From an uncultured Anaerolinea sp. (lineage in GTDB: Bacteria > Chloroflexota > Anaerolineae > Anaerolineales > Villigracilaceae): a DNA stretch of 64,000 nt. Within the stretch, counting starts at the first letter, position 1, and the number at the start of each line of letters is the position of its first letter. Where the stretch lies: NCBI GenBank assembly GCA_964543585.1, contig CAZIYY010000001.1, forward strand, positions 245-64,244. The letters are read 5' to 3'. A program made the position numbers and the translations under genes. Positions 63,164-64,000 of the stretch are shown in pieces. The notes under the pieces were generated by a model that worked only from the letters and a program-made list of their open reading frames with translations, was not told where the DNA came from and made no database searches.

Positions 63164-64000
63164 TGGTTATCTCCAATGCCAGCTCAATTGCCTGTTCCAT
63201 CGTCATTATATGACCCTTTGACCATGCCGAATCAAATTGCATCAGATCCATTTTCTCGCGCGAGACTTTTAATTGCTCGTCGAAATAGACTTGCTCATCG
63301 GGCGTCATAGGCGTGCCACCTTTTTCGCGGAGCGCGTTCGCGGCGGCGAACAATTGCAGGGCGCGTTCGTTTTGATTCTGCGCGAGAGAAATAAAGCCAA
63401 AACATTCCAGTTGATGCGAGACCGCGCCAGTCTGTGCCACATCCCGAAAAGCGACGATGGTTTCGCGGTAATAGTCCAGCGCATCCGCGTAGTTTCCCAC
63501 CAGGCGCTCTAAATGCGCGAGACTGCTTTTTTCGAGGATGACATTGAACCTGGCTCCAGTTTCTCGAAAGATTTTCAGAGACTCTTTGATACGCGTACGT
63601 GCTTCATTGTGGTCATTTGTATGTGTTGCGATGCTGCCAAATATCTCGCACGACTGGGCTTCCTGATAACGCAGGCCAGCTTCTCTCGCCAGGCGAAGAG
63701 CCTCCTCCGCGTAACGCCGGGCTAAATCGAGATCATAATGCAGGTCAATCATCACGCGCGCCAGTATATTCAATGACCAGCACATTACATAAACATCTCC
63801 TTCGGCGCGGGCGATTGAGTTGCTTTCCCGCAACAACGCTTCGGCACGTTCGCGCTCACCCAGAAATTCCAATGGATAGGCAAGCACAATCAAAGCAAAG
63901 CACAGTCCGCGTCGATCCTGGCTCTGGCGGTAGAAAGCGATACTCTCCTCTGCCAGGCGTTTCGCATTTGCGTTATCTCCCAATGACAGATATAACCAGG
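63156..64000 (-). CDS. TPR-repeat protein, 5'-partial (frame open to window end), probably the C-terminal part of a large regulatory ATPase
   Basis: Repeated A..Y...L.I......G.A TPR-like units. There is no stop between 63983 and the window edge. Confidence 0.65.
   Translation of the reverse strand, partial: WLYLSLGDNANAKRLAEESIAFYRQSQDRRGLCFALIVLAYPLEFLGERERAEALLRESNSIARAEGDVYVMCWSLNILARVMIDLHYDLDLARRYAEEALRLAREAGLRYQEAQSCEIFGSIATHTNDHNEARTRIKESLKIFRETGARFNVILEKSSLAHLERLVGNYADALDYYRETIVAFRDVAQTGAVSHQLECFGFISLAQNQNERALQLFAAANALREKGGTPMTPDEQVYFDEQLKVSREKMDLMQFDSAWSKGHIMTMEQAIELALEITNE

Noticed and set aside
1-64000. Possible CRISPR array among the many short repeats
   Set aside because: The repeats are hairpin or palindromic elements scattered singly or in pairs at gene ends. 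Nowhere are there three or more identical direct repeats with regular 30-40-nt spacers, and no cas-like gene is present.

Overview
This is a 64-kb chromosomal window from a moderately GC-rich bacterium. The protein content and hairpin repeats are reminiscent of Chloroflexota/Anaerolineae, but that is an impression and not a tested assignment. Backbone genes: a peptide/nickel-type ABC importer operon with a frameshifted binding-protein gene; an OmpR/HAMP two-component pair; an envelope redox-repair cluster (redoxin, msrP, msrQ, DsbA-like); a deoxynucleoside kinase; mutS2; an acyl-CoA carboxyltransferase; an MBOAT-SGNH O-acylation operon; a fragmented pyrimidine cluster (pyrC ... pyrB-pyrF-pyrE ... 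pyrD) with pyrF frameshifted; a Ser/Thr kinase; two convergent glutamate dehydrogenases; and pepF. Accessory content: (i) a co-directional trio of a Pol-beta-type nucleotidyltransferase-like gene, an unrecognisable gene, and an NB-ARC/TPR STAND NTPase (27.2-31.9 kb), which is my best candidate for an undescribed conflict/defence module; (ii) a DEDDh-exonuclease-WYL fusion translationally coupled to a stand-alone DHp-like protein; (iii) a HepT/MNT toxin-antitoxin cassette, an orphan methyltransferase and a DinB-family gene inserted between pyrE and pyrD; (iv) a nested, rearranged IS630-family cluster between pyrC and pyrB. The window also holds at least four families of structured REP/MITE-like repeats. 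Some copies sit in frame inside coding sequences (the STAND gene twice, mutS2, pyrC, and a lipoprotein linker). I found no rRNA, tRNA or CRISPR array. All calls come from reading the ORF translations and the DNA by eye; no database search was possible.
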